Positions 37,005 through 50,655 of a stretch of 64,000 nt of DNA are shown in pieces. The notes under the pieces are model-generated. The model had not been told where the DNA came from and searched no databases. It saw only the letters and a list, made by a program, of their open reading frames with translations. Made by a program: the position numbers and the translations under genes. Source of the DNA: Tubiluchus corallicola (lineage: Eukaryota > Animalia > Priapulida); contig JAQGDQ010000714.1 of assembly GCA_030141605.1 (NCBI GenBank), positions 1 to 64,000 of the forward strand, written 5' to 3'. How positions within the stretch are numbered: the stretch's first letter is position 1; the number at the start of each line of letters is the position of its first letter.

Positions 37005-38040
37005 TTGCTTCTTCCTATCCCTAATCTTACTATTTTTTCCATTCCATCATGTCTACTAACCCTAACCATTCTTTCATTAACTCGTTCTCCCTTCCTTCTT
37101 CCTATCCCTAATCTTACTATTTTTCCCATTCCATCATGTCTACTAACTCTAACCATTCTTTCATTCACTCATCCTTCCTTCTTCCTATCCCTAATCTTAC
37201 CATTTTTTTTCCATTCCATCATGTCTACTAACCCTAACCATTCTTTCATTAACTCATCCTCCCCTCTCTTCCTATCCCTAATCTTACTATTTTTTCCATT
37301 CCATCATGTCTACTAACCCTAACCATTCTTTCATTAACTCATTCTCTCCTCCCTTCCTTCTTCCTATCCCTAATCTTACTATTTTTCCCATTCCATCATG
37401 TCTACTAACCCTAACCATTCTTTCATTCACTCATCCTTCCTTCTTCCTATCCCTAATCTTACTATTTTTTCCATTCCATCATGTCTACTAACCCTAACCA
37501 TTCTTTCATTCACTCATCCTCCCCTCCCTTCCTTCTTCCTATCCCTAATCTTACTATTTTTTCCATTCCATCATGTCTACTAACCCTAACCATTCTTTCA
37601 TTCACTCATCCTCCCCTCCCTTCCTTCTTCCTATCCCTAATCTTACTATTTTTTTTCCATTCCATCATGTCTACTAACCCTAACCATTCTTTCATTCACT
37701 CATCCCCTCCCTTCCTTCTTCCTATCCCTAATCTTACTATTTTTCCCATTCCATCATGTCTACTGACCCTAACCATTCTTTCATTCACTCATCCTCCCCT
37801 CCCTTCCTTCTTCCTATCCCTAATCTTACTATTTTTTTCCAATCCATCATTTCTTCTGACCCTAACCATTCTTTCATTCACTCATCTTTCCTTCTTCCTA
37901 TCCCTAATCTTACTATTTTTCCCATTCTTTCATTAACTCATCCTCCCCTCCCTCCCTTCTTTCTTCCTATCCCTAATCTTACTATTTTCCCATTCCATCA
38001 TGTCTACTAACCCTAACCATTCTTTCATTCACTCATTTCT
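37005..38040. repeat. ~85-92-bp pyrimidine-rich minisatellite (~12 copies)
   Basis: CTTCTTCCTATCCCTAATCTTACTA...CCATCATGTCTACTAACCCTAACCATTC. Confidence 0.95.
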
Positions 38041-38599
38041 GCCACCTTAACAAGCCAAGCTTTCAAGGTGTCATACAGCAACTCTTTTATTTAGTTAATT
38101 TGACTTCATCAACGCATTTTTACCTATACTGTTTCTTTTTGTTTCAATAATATTGTATGTTGATGTATTGTATATGTATCGCTGGAGTGAAATAAATTGA
38201 TAGATTGATAAACAAACACTACACTGAAATGTCTGTTTATTTTTCTTTAAGGAATTGTTCTAATGCTAGTCGTTCTTCTGTGTTCACATAAAATTTACCT
38301 ATACTTTGCACAAAACAACAAACAGAAAAGCATATTGGAAACATAAATACGAAAAATTCATGTTAGGCATTGTAAGAAACTACTAGTAACTACGCTGCAG
38401 TCGTGCCCTAAAGCATTTCAGCATTACTAATTCATAAATGTAGAGGATCGTATGTGCAAGCTGACATGACAAGCATCAGTCAAAGGCACAGCGCCGCTTT
38501 CTAGTCTATCAATGCCAATGACAAAATGTGCTGCACAATTCACACAGCCAATAACATATCCTATGATACTTGTTAAAAATACGGAAGTTGCTGAAGTTT

Positions 38600-39290
38600 A
38601 GTTTAAACATAATTTATTATAGGATTGGATCAGGCAGTTTGTACAACATGAGATCCCCCCCCCCCCCCCCCCCCCCCCCCCCCAGAGATATGAAACACGA
38701 GTAACAGTTTAAACATAATTTATTATAGAATTGGATCAGGCAGTTTGTACAACATGATTTAGGATCCTCACCATAACAGACTTTATACACTATTTACAAG
38801 AACATTTACAGTAAGAATAGATTATGACTACACAAGCTGACAAGTTTTACTAGAAGATTACATTAGACATTAGTAACATTTACAGTAAGAATAGACTATA
38901 ACTACACAAGCTGACAAGCTTTACTACAAGATTACATTACACATTAGTACAAAATGACTGTTGGAAAATATTAATGTACGAATATTTAAGACCGATGCAG
39001 TTCATATCAGATAGAAACTACTGGAAGCGTTTAGTACGTAATATAAAGTCAGGTATGTATTGGAATATTTTACAGTTAGTAACATAGTTAAATTCATCTT
39101 TTCCGAATAATAACAACTTCACCAGATCATTATTTCCTAAGGCAGCGATATGAAGGTGTTCAGGCAGAAGTATTTCATTTAATTTATCAAATATAACAAC
39201 CCCAGTTTGTTGATGCAATGGGCAGTGCAACAAAAAGTGTTCAACAGACTCAAATCGAAATCCACAATTACAATTCGGCAATATTGGATG
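38600..39290 (-). mobile_element. LINE 3' end with C-terminal CCHC zinc-knuckle; terminal segment duplicated around a poly-C run
   Basis: CNCGFRFESVEHFLLHCPL...ILRTKRFQ*; AATAAA-containing end present at ~38605 and ~38710. Confidence 0.85.
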
Positions 39291-39800
39291 ATCGTTATTA
39301 TCTTTAGTTTCAAGTGAGAATTTGCTCAAGTTGCTGAAGTTTCAAGTGAAAATTTTATAACGCCTGTAATGCAGAGAGTAAACAATGGCAGCTACCAAAT
39401 CCTTAGATTAGATTTAGATTATATCTATTACATACAATGCCAATGTGTTCATTGCGAATTTCTCTTCATCACTTCTCATACAATTAGATGTGCTTTTGAG
39501 CACGACGTCCTCAACCGTTTTCTTTATTTTCTCCTAATGCTTATTTTCTGCAACTTTTTCTTGTCTTATCAAGTGACTTCACACTAAATAGGCCATTGGA
39601 TTACAATCGGATGTTAAGGCAACATTTCATGCTTTAGATGAAATTAGAGTTTTCTTTTAAAAGATTACTTTTTGTTCAGTCTGAGAAAAAGCAGTGTGTA
39701 ATTACCTATCATTGGCAATGCTGTTGCACGTAAAAAAGGCACCATTGTTGTTAAGCTCTCATCCAACATACTATTTTACATGGATATTTTTGATTTTTTT

Positions 39801-39912
39801 GAAAGATCGGATTGCTCAGCCACAGTCGATGCTGCAGATCCATCAATGTGATCAATAACTGACTCTCTTGGCGCACACTCCATTGTCTTCCGAGACAGAA
39901 GAATGCCAACCA
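39801..39912 (+). mobile_element. 5'-truncated copy of the RTE-derived SINE/bipartite element (3' tail only)
   Basis: Matches 58785-58892; ends CCATTGTCTTCCGAGACAGAAGAATGCCAAC. Confidence 0.85.
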
Positions 39913-39956
39913 TTGTGTGTCATAACTTATTGCATTATTTGTATTAATTTGTGATG

Positions 39957-40377
<421 letters not shown>

Positions 40378-41163
40378 GTTGTTAGGCTCTCATCCAACAT
40401 ACTATTTTACATGGATATTTTTGATTTTTTAGCTCAGTGTGCCAGACCAGAAGGACAAAGGTTTTGTACCATTAGTAAATAATTAGTACTGTCATCCAAA
40501 CACTAACAAGCACTAGCACTAGCAATATAAACCTGGCTACTATAGGAAAAAACTTGGAAGTAAGTGAATTTTATGCCGGGTCGTCTGATATAAGTGAAAA
40601 TTTTTAAAATTGTATGTACAATATGTAACATACAAAATTTATAAATCATCAGCACATGAGGACACATCAAGTCAACACTGTAAGAAAACTTGAGCTGTGT
40701 TAACTTAATAAATGGCTTGAATGAACACAAAAAAGATAATTTAAAGAAAGAAAAATGGTGATGAAAACACAAAAATGAGAAAATGCATGAAAGATATTGA
40801 TGAGAATAATATATGGATAATTTTTAAAATTTAGATGCTCATAAAGTGCAATTGGCATGCGAAAGTCAAAAATTATTCTATCTCAAGATTAAGAGAAAAA
40901 AAAACACAATCCTAGGAAAAGAAATGAAATAACCAGAGTTACCAAACCTCGGAAAGAACAAACAGACAAACAAGCGAGCAAACGTTACACATAAAGCCTA
41001 ATTATGCCATCATCCCAGCACTGAGCGCCAAAGACATGTACTTAATCAGCATTACATGCATTACAAAATTCTCTATTGAAACTCTATTAACTTCGATATT
41101 TTTAAGAAGTCTCACAGGATAAAAATATTCTGGTACTTTCTCGTTGGTCGCTGCTTCAAATTA

Positions 41164-41465
41164 CTAAAAGCAAGAATCAAATATAATAGCCTCAGTCTTG
41201 TCTACATCGCAATTTAAAATTTGCCTCCACTTTTGGCACCACTCGTACAATTTATCACAACATTGCTGTGCAATATCCTGACAGACCTGAGCAGAGACAG
41301 CAGAAATATAAACTGTGCCATCATCGACATATTTAAACTTAGCTAAGTTTTGATTAAAATCCAGTTCATTAAACACGTCTACTATGTTGAATATAAACAA
41401 TAAAGGGGACAAAACCGAGCCTTGAGGGACTCCTATATGGCATTGATAATCTGCTGATATAAATT
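41164..41465 (-). mobile_element. Reverse transcriptase fragment of a non-LTR retrotransposon
   Basis: GVPQGSVLSPLLFIF...KYVDDGTVY (RT QG and YxDD motifs). Confidence 0.9.
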
Positions 41466-42004
41466 CATATTCATCTTCTGCTGAGGCTAATCAAGAATAA
41501 ACGTGCAATGTAATTTTGAGTCACATTTAATAAATTTCTCATTATCTACGTAGAAAGGATGTAGGGCTTCATTTGCTGGGCTTCATTACAAGACCCGTGC
41601 GTCAATGAATACTGTGCAACTATGAACAACTTCAGCAACTCGCAATAAATCCAGGACGGCTTTTGTGTACAATAATCGACTGCCGAGTAACGAGTTAGCG
41701 TGAGGGTGGTGGGCAAGGAAACTGATGCCTGCCTCGGGATGATACGTTCCCAATCTGTAATTGACTAATTAGAAGAGAGCTAGCTGGAAAGTCGAAGCGT
41801 TGGTTTGTGACGCACTTACTGGGTTTCTTCTCTCTCAACTTATTTTAGCATTAATTTTGCTAATGAATCACTTATATTCTTATAATTACCCCCTCCATCC
41901 CCCTAGCCCATCTTTAATGGTTATGATGGCTACATTACTACCATGAATTATATCTAAATGTTCTATACAATTATAGTTATTACTACAAGTATAATGTATA
42001 ATTT

Positions 42005-42600
42005 AATCTCTTCTCCTCCACTTAAATTTGGGTACATATATGTGTATATGTATATCATTGTATATACAAGTAAGCAATATGGTGCATTGTAATACAAGTA
42101 AGTGGTACATTGACATATAATCATTTAATTCATATTTGTAATTATTTAAAATTTCTTTCACTCTTTAAGGCTCACTCAAAGTCGTAATTACATATTATGT
42201 TTTCCTTTCTCAACTTTCAGGTTTATTGCTCTTATACCATTGCTATTATTACATCATTTACTTCATCCTTATTTACATTAAGTTATCTACAGAAGCATGC
42301 ATTACTATAATCATTTTTTCATTTAAGTAAGGTGAGTGTGTTAATGACCGTATGGTCGTACACTCACCTCGCACTACTCAAATTATTACATCATTTACTT
42401 CATCCTTATTTACATTAAGTTATCTACAGAAGCATGCATTACTATAATCATTTTTTCATTTAAGTAAGGTGAGTGTGTTAATGACCGTATGGTCGCACAC
42501 TCACCTCGCACTACTCAAATTAGTTTATTTAAAGTTTATTAATATGTTTGATATTGTATTTTTTGATGTGTGAAATGAAAATTCATAGTACATAGTACTA
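42005..42600 (+). mobile_element. LINE 3' end with two copies of the 137-bp stem-loop unit
   Basis: Near-identical to 60805-61180 and to the terminus at 63515-63590. Confidence 0.85.
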
Positions 42601-42821
42601 GTACAACTTGCAGTGTCTTCCAGCACGACAGTGCATAAAGTACGTAAAGTATTACCATGACAAAAAGCACTCTAGTGCCAAATTTGAGCTCCCTAACTGG
42701 TATATAAACCGTTCTACACCCAGGGCCGAATTAAGACATTTTGAGGGCTTTTTTGCCATAATCTTCTACTTATATCATTATTATCACTTTGTTTTAATTT
42801 GCACTGTTTTTGTGGTAGCTC

Positions 42822-42922
<101 letters not shown>

Positions 42923-43656
42923 TACTATTTTATTTTACTTATTATTTTATTTCACTTTTTGACTGATTTGTCACTCGTGTATTGTACCTTAAAAATTACG
43001 AAATAAATAAAAAATAAATAAATTACGCTAATTACGGACCCCGTCAGACGGACCCACACTCTAACTCGCCCGCACCCGTTTTGAATACTTTTTACTCCTG
43101 ATATACTGACATACATTTAGCGTCAATGACATAGTTCGAATTAAACTTATTGCAAATTCTTTAAGTAAACTAGAATAACTATTTTTGGTTGCCAACAAAA
43201 ATGTTTGCTATTCCGTTCAAACCAAATTAGCACATATTTTAACACAACCGTGACGAAAAATAACATTTTTTTACCAAATCTTACCAAAGCTTGGGGGCTC
43301 TAGGCTGCAGTCCCAGTATACTGGCCTATACGATAATGCGGTCCTGTCGGCACCCCTTTTCAAAATTGGCTGCTCTAAAAAACGAGTCACTCCGCGCACG
43401 CCCTCAAGTACGTACTTGTTTTGTCTTGTTTACGTCATGTTTACGTCTTGTTTACGTCATGTTTTGCTTGAATGCATTTGCATTTATTAGCTCCCATGTA
43501 TTTGTAATACGTCCAAATTTTAGTAACATGCTATGGTTCACATGATACCCTTCCGTCGGTGCCTTTAAGCAGTTCAACACTTTTTCTGCTATAGTGTTCT
43601 TTTGCGTGACAAATATAAAAATGACCCCACACCAAACGAGTTACCAAAGAATGAAC

Positions 43657-43972
43657 TTAAAGGAAAAGCGGACGATCGTTTAGACTCGTTCTCATTTTAA
43701 TTTACAGTCCAAAATATACATTTTCTTGCCTATAATAGTTAACAATTGTTCCTTATATTTGAATAATTAGCTTAGAAAGTTAATTAATGGCAACCGAACA
43801 CAGCTATTGCTTACGTCAGAAACTAACCACAATTTGCGCAATGGCAGGCGTCTTCCTTTGCGCATCAAGCACGTTTGCGTAAGTGTTACAGTACTGTTTA
43901 AAAGCATGATGTCACGAAAAATGGGCTTTACATCATATGACGTCAGAAACTAACACTGCAGTTCATGATCAT
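43657..43972 (+). mobile_element. Partial Kolobok/T2-like MITE
   Basis: Homologous to 54840-55150. Confidence 0.7.
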
Positions 43973-44299
43973 GCAATTAAAACTCTCCCACAACTACAGA
44001 ATACCAGGTCTTAAGTTTTTTCTTTTCTTTTTTTCTCCTCATCTCCTAAGTAATTGTTGCTCTTTCTCATATTTACTTTTTCTCATAAATTTTTCTATAT
44101 TACACTTTTTGATGCTTATTTTTTCTTTCCATACTCTCAGTTTTTAACTTTACTCAGTAACCTCGGTCAAATTCCCCTGTTAATAAGACCCCATTTAAAA
44201 CTAGTACATATAATAATCCTAATTACTGAATAATTGTATTGTTTTGTTTAGATTTTGGTATCTAACATTATTATTTTTTGTTTTCAGTTCTTTTTGGAT

Positions 44300-44520
44300 A
44301 ATATGTATCATTTATACTGTTTTTCTTATTATTATTTTCTTATTTGTTTTTGTTTTTGTTATCTGCAGTATCACCGTTAATTTTTAATATACTAATCTAT
44401 TTATAAGAAAGGGCAGGAGACTAGATGACCCTATGGTCCTTCCCTGCCCTAGTCCATGATTATAATTACTTAATATTTAAAAAACTTTTGATGTTTAACT
44501 AATTGGAGAAAATGAATGTT
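44300..44520 (+). mobile_element. LINE 3' UTR with CR1-like stem-loop
   Basis: GGGCAGG-AGACTAGAT-GACC-CTAT-GGTC-CTTC-CCTGCCC at 44411-44449. Confidence 0.55.
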
Positions 44521-44844
44521 CTATGTCTATGTCTATGTCTATGTCTATGTTTATGTTTATGTTTATGTCTATGACCATGTCTATGCCTATGTCTCAGTTT
44601 ATGTCTATGTTTATGTCTATGACCATGTCTATGTCTATGTTTATGTCTATGTCTCAGTTTATGTCTATGTTTATGTCTATGACCATGTCTATGTCTATGT
44701 CTATGTCTATGTCTATGTCTATGTCTATGTCTATGTCTATGTCTATGTCTATGTCTATGACCATGTCTATGTTTATGTCTATTCCTATGACCATGTCTAT
44801 GTTTATGTCTATTCCTATGACCATGTCTATGTCTATGTCTATGT
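44520..44844. repeat. (CTATGT)n hexamer satellite
   Basis: Direct inspection. Confidence 0.97.
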
Positions 44845-45217
44845 AATACACTCGCAGGAACAAACACGAAATTGAAAACTTCAGCAAATAATTGCAGAAT
44901 CCGTACAAGTTTTTAATGAGTTGCTAAACGCATTGTGAAGGGGAGAGATTCCATTGCATTTACACAAGCAGTGAGATGGAAAATACAAATTCTGAACGTG
45001 CTCGGCAAGATTTGATAGGACAGCATTATATAAGATGCTCTATTATTAACAGAATGAACTTAAAGTATATTAAAGTCGAGTTAATCGAAAAAAAAGGAAA
45101 TGCAAAAATGATGGGACCGAACTGTGATTTGAACCCGAGACATTTGGAATTTACATCATAACTCCAATGCCATGACCATTAAACGCACTTACACGTGATT
45201 ATTCAAACGAGGGACTT

Positions 45218-45565
45218 TGTTACGGAGGCACCTGTGTCGGGTCAGGTGTAGGGTCCTCTACACGCCCTGCGTCAGCAGCGACTCACCCCTTTCTTGTAGG
45301 TCCAGACGTCTTGTTTGGGCCTACACGTGGTATGAGAAGCCAGCTGACCTGGAATGCCAGTATAAAAGCGCGTAAAGGTCACTACAGCCTGGATTTCTGA
45401 CACAGGTGTTTGTCGGGTGTAGTGCTGTTACTGAGTTAGTTAGTTAGTTATGTTTTTGTGCACGTGTATTTCGGTTCCCTATTTTTATTAGTGCTGTTAA
45501 TAAACTCCGTACAGTGTAGTTTTTGTGTATTTTGTTTTATGAGAGTTGGATGACACGCTATAACA
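45218..45565 (+). mobile_element. Possible solo LTR (Gypsy-like termini)
   Basis: TGTTA...TAACA ends, internal TATAAAA and AATAAA, GC-richer than flanks; no TSD found. Confidence 0.5.
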
Positions 45566-45941
45566 GGTATATGGTACTAGTTTACATACATTAACTTAGT
45601 TAATTAGCATAACATTTGTAATTAAAATTAACATTTGTAGTTAAGTAATCAGTTACACAACGATAGTAAAATGGATCTTCATGATGCGCAATATCAAGAC
45701 CGCCATGCCATCTTGGAGTTCGACCCCCTGAGTCGAATTCAGTCCAATATTATGCAATATGCACAGATAAACGTACCGGTAATGACTGGGATCACTTCTA
45801 GCTACAGTTTATTAGAAGCTGGGAAGAGTCAGTAATTTCTGGGAAACTTACAGTCATTGCAATAGAACAAAAAGAAACCTGTTAATCAGCCAGGAAAAGA
45901 AACCAAGATTTTCAGAAGCCAAACAGTTTGACAGCAATATT

Positions 45942-46436
45942 GTTGTTGGCATCCTTCTGTCTCGAAGGACAATGGAATGTGCGCCAAGAGAGTCCGATCC
46001 TTGAACGTCTCCAGGGCTCACGGCTGGGCAAGGTGTATGGAGATCCTGAGTTGTCCAGACAATAGGAACCCCCTCTCTTCCTCCCCGGTGTAGTCCAAAG
46101 GAAAGCGGAGCGATACGTTTGGCACCAGGTTGGCTGCAGAAGCTGCCGGAGTCAGTGAGCATGCTGCACTGGTCCGCCTTCGGGGCTCCACTCCTGATTT
46201 GGAAGGTTTACTCCTCTACACATGGCCGTTGGGTCACTTGACCTCCTCCGCCCTCTAGCCGTTGGCTGCTTGTGCAGCTCCTCCGCCTAGTGTCGAGATA
46301 CAGTGTGGGCATCCTGCAAGCTTACAGCACCTGGTATTCCTAGGTGGTCACCCATCCAAGTACTAGCCAGGCCGTAGGTTGCTTAACTTCGGTGATCAGA
46401 CGAGAACCGGTGTTTTCAACGTGATTTGGCCATAGT
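45942..46436 (-). mobile_element. Full-length 5S rRNA-derived SINE (SINE3-type) with RTE-derived body and tail
   Basis: 5S head, GC-rich body shared with 58488-58900, (CAA)n tail, 11-bp TSD ACAGCAATATT at 45931-45941 and 46437-46447. Confidence 0.9.
46318..46436 (-). rRNA. 5S rRNA-derived sequence (SINE head, probably not a functional 5S gene)
   Basis: CTATGGCCAAATCACGTTGAAAACACCGGTTCTCGTCTGATCACCGAAGTTAAGC...AGTACTTGGATGGGTGACC...GAATACCAGGTGCTGTAAGC; A and C boxes intact; no oligo-T terminator. Confidence 0.9.
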
Positions 46437-46719
46437 ACAGCAATATTATATCACCTAAAATCTAGAATATCAATTAAGCCCTGCATGCTAAAAGTCTCAC
46501 CTTTATGCTATATAGAGAATCAAGTGCCATGATGTCACGTCAACACTTTCCCGTAATTAAGTAAATTGCTCCATTTGGAAACCAGACAATTTACACGCAA
46601 TCATATATAACTTATCTCAGCTGAGGCAACATTCATCGTTACATCAATGGCGTGATAATTGGTATTACTGTCAACTTCACTACACAGGTAACTAAGGCTG
46701 CAGATTTTACTTTGAAGTT

Positions 46720-46978
46720 TCATCTCAAACAGTTACTCAACTCACATGACTCATTTCAAACAGTTACTCACATGAGTCATCTCATACAGTTACTCACATG
46801 AGTTATTTCAAAAAGTTACTCACGAGTCATCTCAAAGATTACTCACATGAGTCATCTCAAACAGTTACTCACATGAGTCATCTCAAACAGCTACTTACAT
46901 GAGTCATTTCAAACAGTTACTCACATGAGTCATCTCAAACAGCTACTCACACGAGTCAATTCAAACAGTCACACGAGT
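46720..46978. repeat. 26-bp minisatellite (~9 copies)
   Basis: Unit CATCTCAAACAGTTACTCACATGAGT. Confidence 0.9.
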
Positions 46979-47329
46979 TGTAGCAGTAAGTAAACCTTCA
47001 TTTTCAGCTTTTTCAACTTCAATACGACACAGATGACAGCACGCCCCGCGATGTATAATTGTATATTAACACCAGTCTGATAAAATTACAAATTCACGTG
47101 CTCACAATAACATTTGCATGCCAACCACAATATTAATCACTTTACATCATGAAGCTCGTGATGACGAAAATGAAAGATTCAGCACCGTATTTCGATAAGC
47201 ACAGAATGAATGTCATAGCATCAGTCCACGTGTTAATAACAGAGAGGCATAAACGCCTCAATTTAAATAGTAAACATGCTATTCAAGATTCTGAAATATA
47301 TCGTAACTTTGTTAACACCGGCCAAAATT

Positions 47330-47766
47330 CATATAGGTTTTACACGTCAAATGTAGACACAGGAAAGTTCAAATGTGACTTAGGTAAGTCAAATGTAGAT
47401 GCATTACTTTGAATAAATCGGTAATTAAGTTATTTAAGTGCAAATTAGAAAAAGATAAACCAAAGACAGTGCACCTATTAGTAGACCTATAACGTTGTTA
47501 TTTTAACTTAGGAGCAATTATTAAATTGAAATTAAAGAAGATTAAATTTAACATCCTTAAACTTTAACACCTATGCACATTTGAGATACCAACGTCACAT
47601 TTGACTTGACATGTGTCTACATTTGACTTACCAAAAGCGCTCAAGATTTCTTGAAAGCCATTGTTAACACATTTGAACTACCAAAGTCTACATTTGAGTT
47701 ACCAATACACATTTGAATTGCCTAAATCTGCATTTGAGTTAACATTTGACATGTAAAACCTATAGA
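47330..47766. mobile_element. MITE with terminal inverted repeats and subterminal TCAAATGT repeats
   Basis: TATAGGTTTTACACGTCAAATGT ... ACATTTGACATGTAAAACCTATA. Confidence 0.75.
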
Positions 47767-48269
47767 ATTCGCCTAGCACAACTTCCAACGCGTCGTCCTC
47801 TGAAACTGTCAGAAGCATCAACACAGCTTTTCCACACAGTTGAAACCAAAGTCAACGTCACCAACATCCACACACTGCTAACAATGGCGCGGCATGGTCT
47901 CTTGTAGCTAAAACCTTTGAAGACTACAAACACAGTGAGAGGCAACAGAGGCTTCAGTTCTGCAGGCAGACAGTGAATCTGTACACTGAAGCCACACAGC
48001 CCGGGTTGCACTGATCTATCCCTTCCCAGGAATTGATCCGACAGCATTAAGAATCAAGAAGCGATTCACTCGAGCAGATCTTTGAGTATCAGCCGCTGAA
48101 CGGAACAACAACCGTCGACCAGGATTGTGCTGTAGTAATGTAGAAGCGAATCTTGACGATGATAATTGATGTAGACGATTCATGTGGTTGTAGCATGCGT
48201 ATAAATGCGTGAATGCAATGACTGATAGCTGGGTACTCATACAAACGTAAGGCAAGTAGACAAAAATTC

Positions 48270-48885
48270 AAAGCTTCAACAACTAACCTGAGAAAAACTT
48301 TAAAATTCCCAATCATTGAAGCACACAAAGAATATTTTACTCTGCTTTTTATATTCAAATACGTTAACAACATCAGCAAACCATTCCAGAATAAAATAGT
48401 TACCTTTTTTCCAAATCCTATCGTTAATTCCAGAACAAGCAATCTAAAACAAATTAGGACAAATACTCACTATGGAACGAACTCTGTAATCAAGCAAGCA
48501 ATTCTACTTTGGAATTCTCTATCATTACAGGTTAAACAAATCAAGTCCCTATCAGCATTTAAAACAAAATTAAAATCACTAATATTAACCAGATATGAAA
48601 TACCATCACACCAGTACGACAACATACACACTAATTCAGAATTCATATTTCCACGGCCATATTAGTTAAATCATAATTTTTTTCATTTTTTGTGCATAGT
48701 TGTAAATATGTTTGATTTTATTCGTCGTTACTTTCCATTACTGCACAGTAGTTTAGATTGCACTGACGCATTTGCCTTTAGCAGTGTAAGTTTTTATTAA
48801 CTAACACTGATTGATCATCTCTGTAAAGTTTTTATCAGTGATTATCAATGTATTTTAATGGCAAATAAAGATTATATATATATAA
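48270..48885 (+). mobile_element. LINE 3' end (CR1/L2 group) with (TA)n tail
   Basis: THYGTNSVIKQAILLWNSLSLQVKQIKSLSAFKTKLK; AATAAA then TA repeat. Confidence 0.8.
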
Positions 48886-50022
48886 GATGCAAATGGCCTG
48901 TGTAGATTACTTAATAATGTCTGTTAATTATTCGTTATGTATACATTTCCTTATAGCAATATTCCACTTAAGACAGGTTATAATGTGTATGCTGGTCAAT
49001 TACTTAGGTACTCGAGGTTATATTCAAGTAATTAGGCGTTTTTTGGTGAGGGCAGCTAGGTCGAACAGGGGTTACTCTACGACGAGTCTTCTTCAATCTT
49101 GTGAAAATCTTGTTTTTTAAAAGTCGCCGTTTCCTTTTATTTAAGTTCGGTTGCTATTCAGTTAAGCAAGTGGCTGTTGTCTGGACGTGATTCTGGTGAT
49201 TTTGCCCAGCCTTTTGTCACTTTATGGTCAAGTTGTAGGAGCCCCCTCTCTTTTTTTGTCATTGTTGTAATTGGTTTATGTTGATGTGTGTTCTGTAGTT
49301 ATCACGTTAACATCTACAGTTGGGTAATCAGCGTGACTGGGTCTCTATGAAGAATTTCTGAAGGTAAATTGCTAAGACATCAGCATAGGTAGAATACAGG
49401 TGACTTTATTTATAAATCATTAACAACACGTGCTTATTCAATCTCTGACAGCCAACTGACCAGGTAAGTTTTTCCATGAAGCAAGGAAGCCAGCAATTCA
49501 ATGAAAGGTAAATCTTATGCATACTAGTTCAAGGTTGAAAGTTTAGACTGTATATAAAGAAATAGACTTATTTTACAGCTGAAATTACTTGTGTGGGATT
49601 TTTAATGTTTCAACAAGAGAATGTAACAATATGACATAATAAATAAAAAATAATGACATATGGCATAATAATAAAAAATAAAATCAAGAAATTGTGAGCT
49701 TCACGACAGTCTCTGCCAGTAGAGCTTGAAGACAGTGAGTAGGGACCGGAATCTGAATCTTTCACGGGGCCTCACCTGACGACCCTTTTCCTTTGGTGGT
49801 AATTTCGCACGCATGTGGACGTTGCAGAGTGTTTGATTTACAGTTGCTTGTCTCTTTTCGTTGTTTGTAGGTGGCGCTCATGTCATTCGAGTTTTATTAC
49901 AAATGGTAGCCTGGGTTGGTTTCAAACTCACTTAACTGTTGTATTTGTGCTTAATATGGACACCTCCGAAATAAACTCGCTGAAATGAATTGGCCAGCAA
50001 AACTATAAATCACTATTATATA

Positions 50023-50477
50023 CCGTATTTTCCCGTGTATAAGAGACCCTTTTTTGCTCAGAATTTTCACTTTAAAAATAGGGGGTCTCTTATACATGGG
50101 AGTAAGTCTTTTCAATAAGATGCATAAATTGTGACACTAATGATTTTAAAGAAATAAGTGCTCTACAACTGTTTTGCGTGTCGCGTTCGACTATGAAGCG
50201 GTTGTAAGCAATACAAGCATCGTGACACAGGCATTATCTCCTCGTTTTCTCTTTTCCTGTTACAGGTTTGCAGGTACGCACTTTAATATATACCAGTACT
50301 CTTTTTCTACAACACATTAACTGGTTTTATTTTGTTTTCAGTACCGCACTGAGTTGAAAAAAGTTGTACTTTACCCTCTAAAAATGTCCGTCTGAAAAAA
50401 CTTTTTTCCAGAATTTTTGCCTAAAAATTGAAGGGGTCTCTTATACACAAGGGTCTCTTATACACGGGAAAATACGG
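50023..50477. mobile_element. Tc1/mariner-superfamily (pogo/Tc2-like) MITE
   Basis: TA|CCGTATTTTCCCGTGTATAAGAGACCCT ... AGGGTCTCTTATACACGGGAAAATACGG|TA; perfect TIRs and TA TSD. Confidence 0.92.
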
Positions 50478-50592
50478 TAGTTCACGTGGATACCTCATTC
50501 AGTAAGAAGGCTCTATAAGACAATAACTTCTTGCTTAATAAATCAGTGAAGGGGACAATGGAATAAGCCAACAAAGCAAGAAAATGCGAAGA

Positions 50593-50655
50593 TGATTCCT
50601 GGATTTGAACCAGCGACTTTTAGAATACAAGTTGAATACCAACACCACTAGACAG
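50593..50655 (-). other. Degenerate tRNA-like SINE head (similar remnants at ~45115-45185 and ~55890)
   Basis: Minus strand GTCTAGTGG...GGTTCAAATCC. Confidence 0.45.

Noticed and set aside
46318-46436. Functional 5S rRNA gene
   Set aside because: Single copy, no oligo-T terminator, several substitutions, and enclosed with a SINE body by a TSD.
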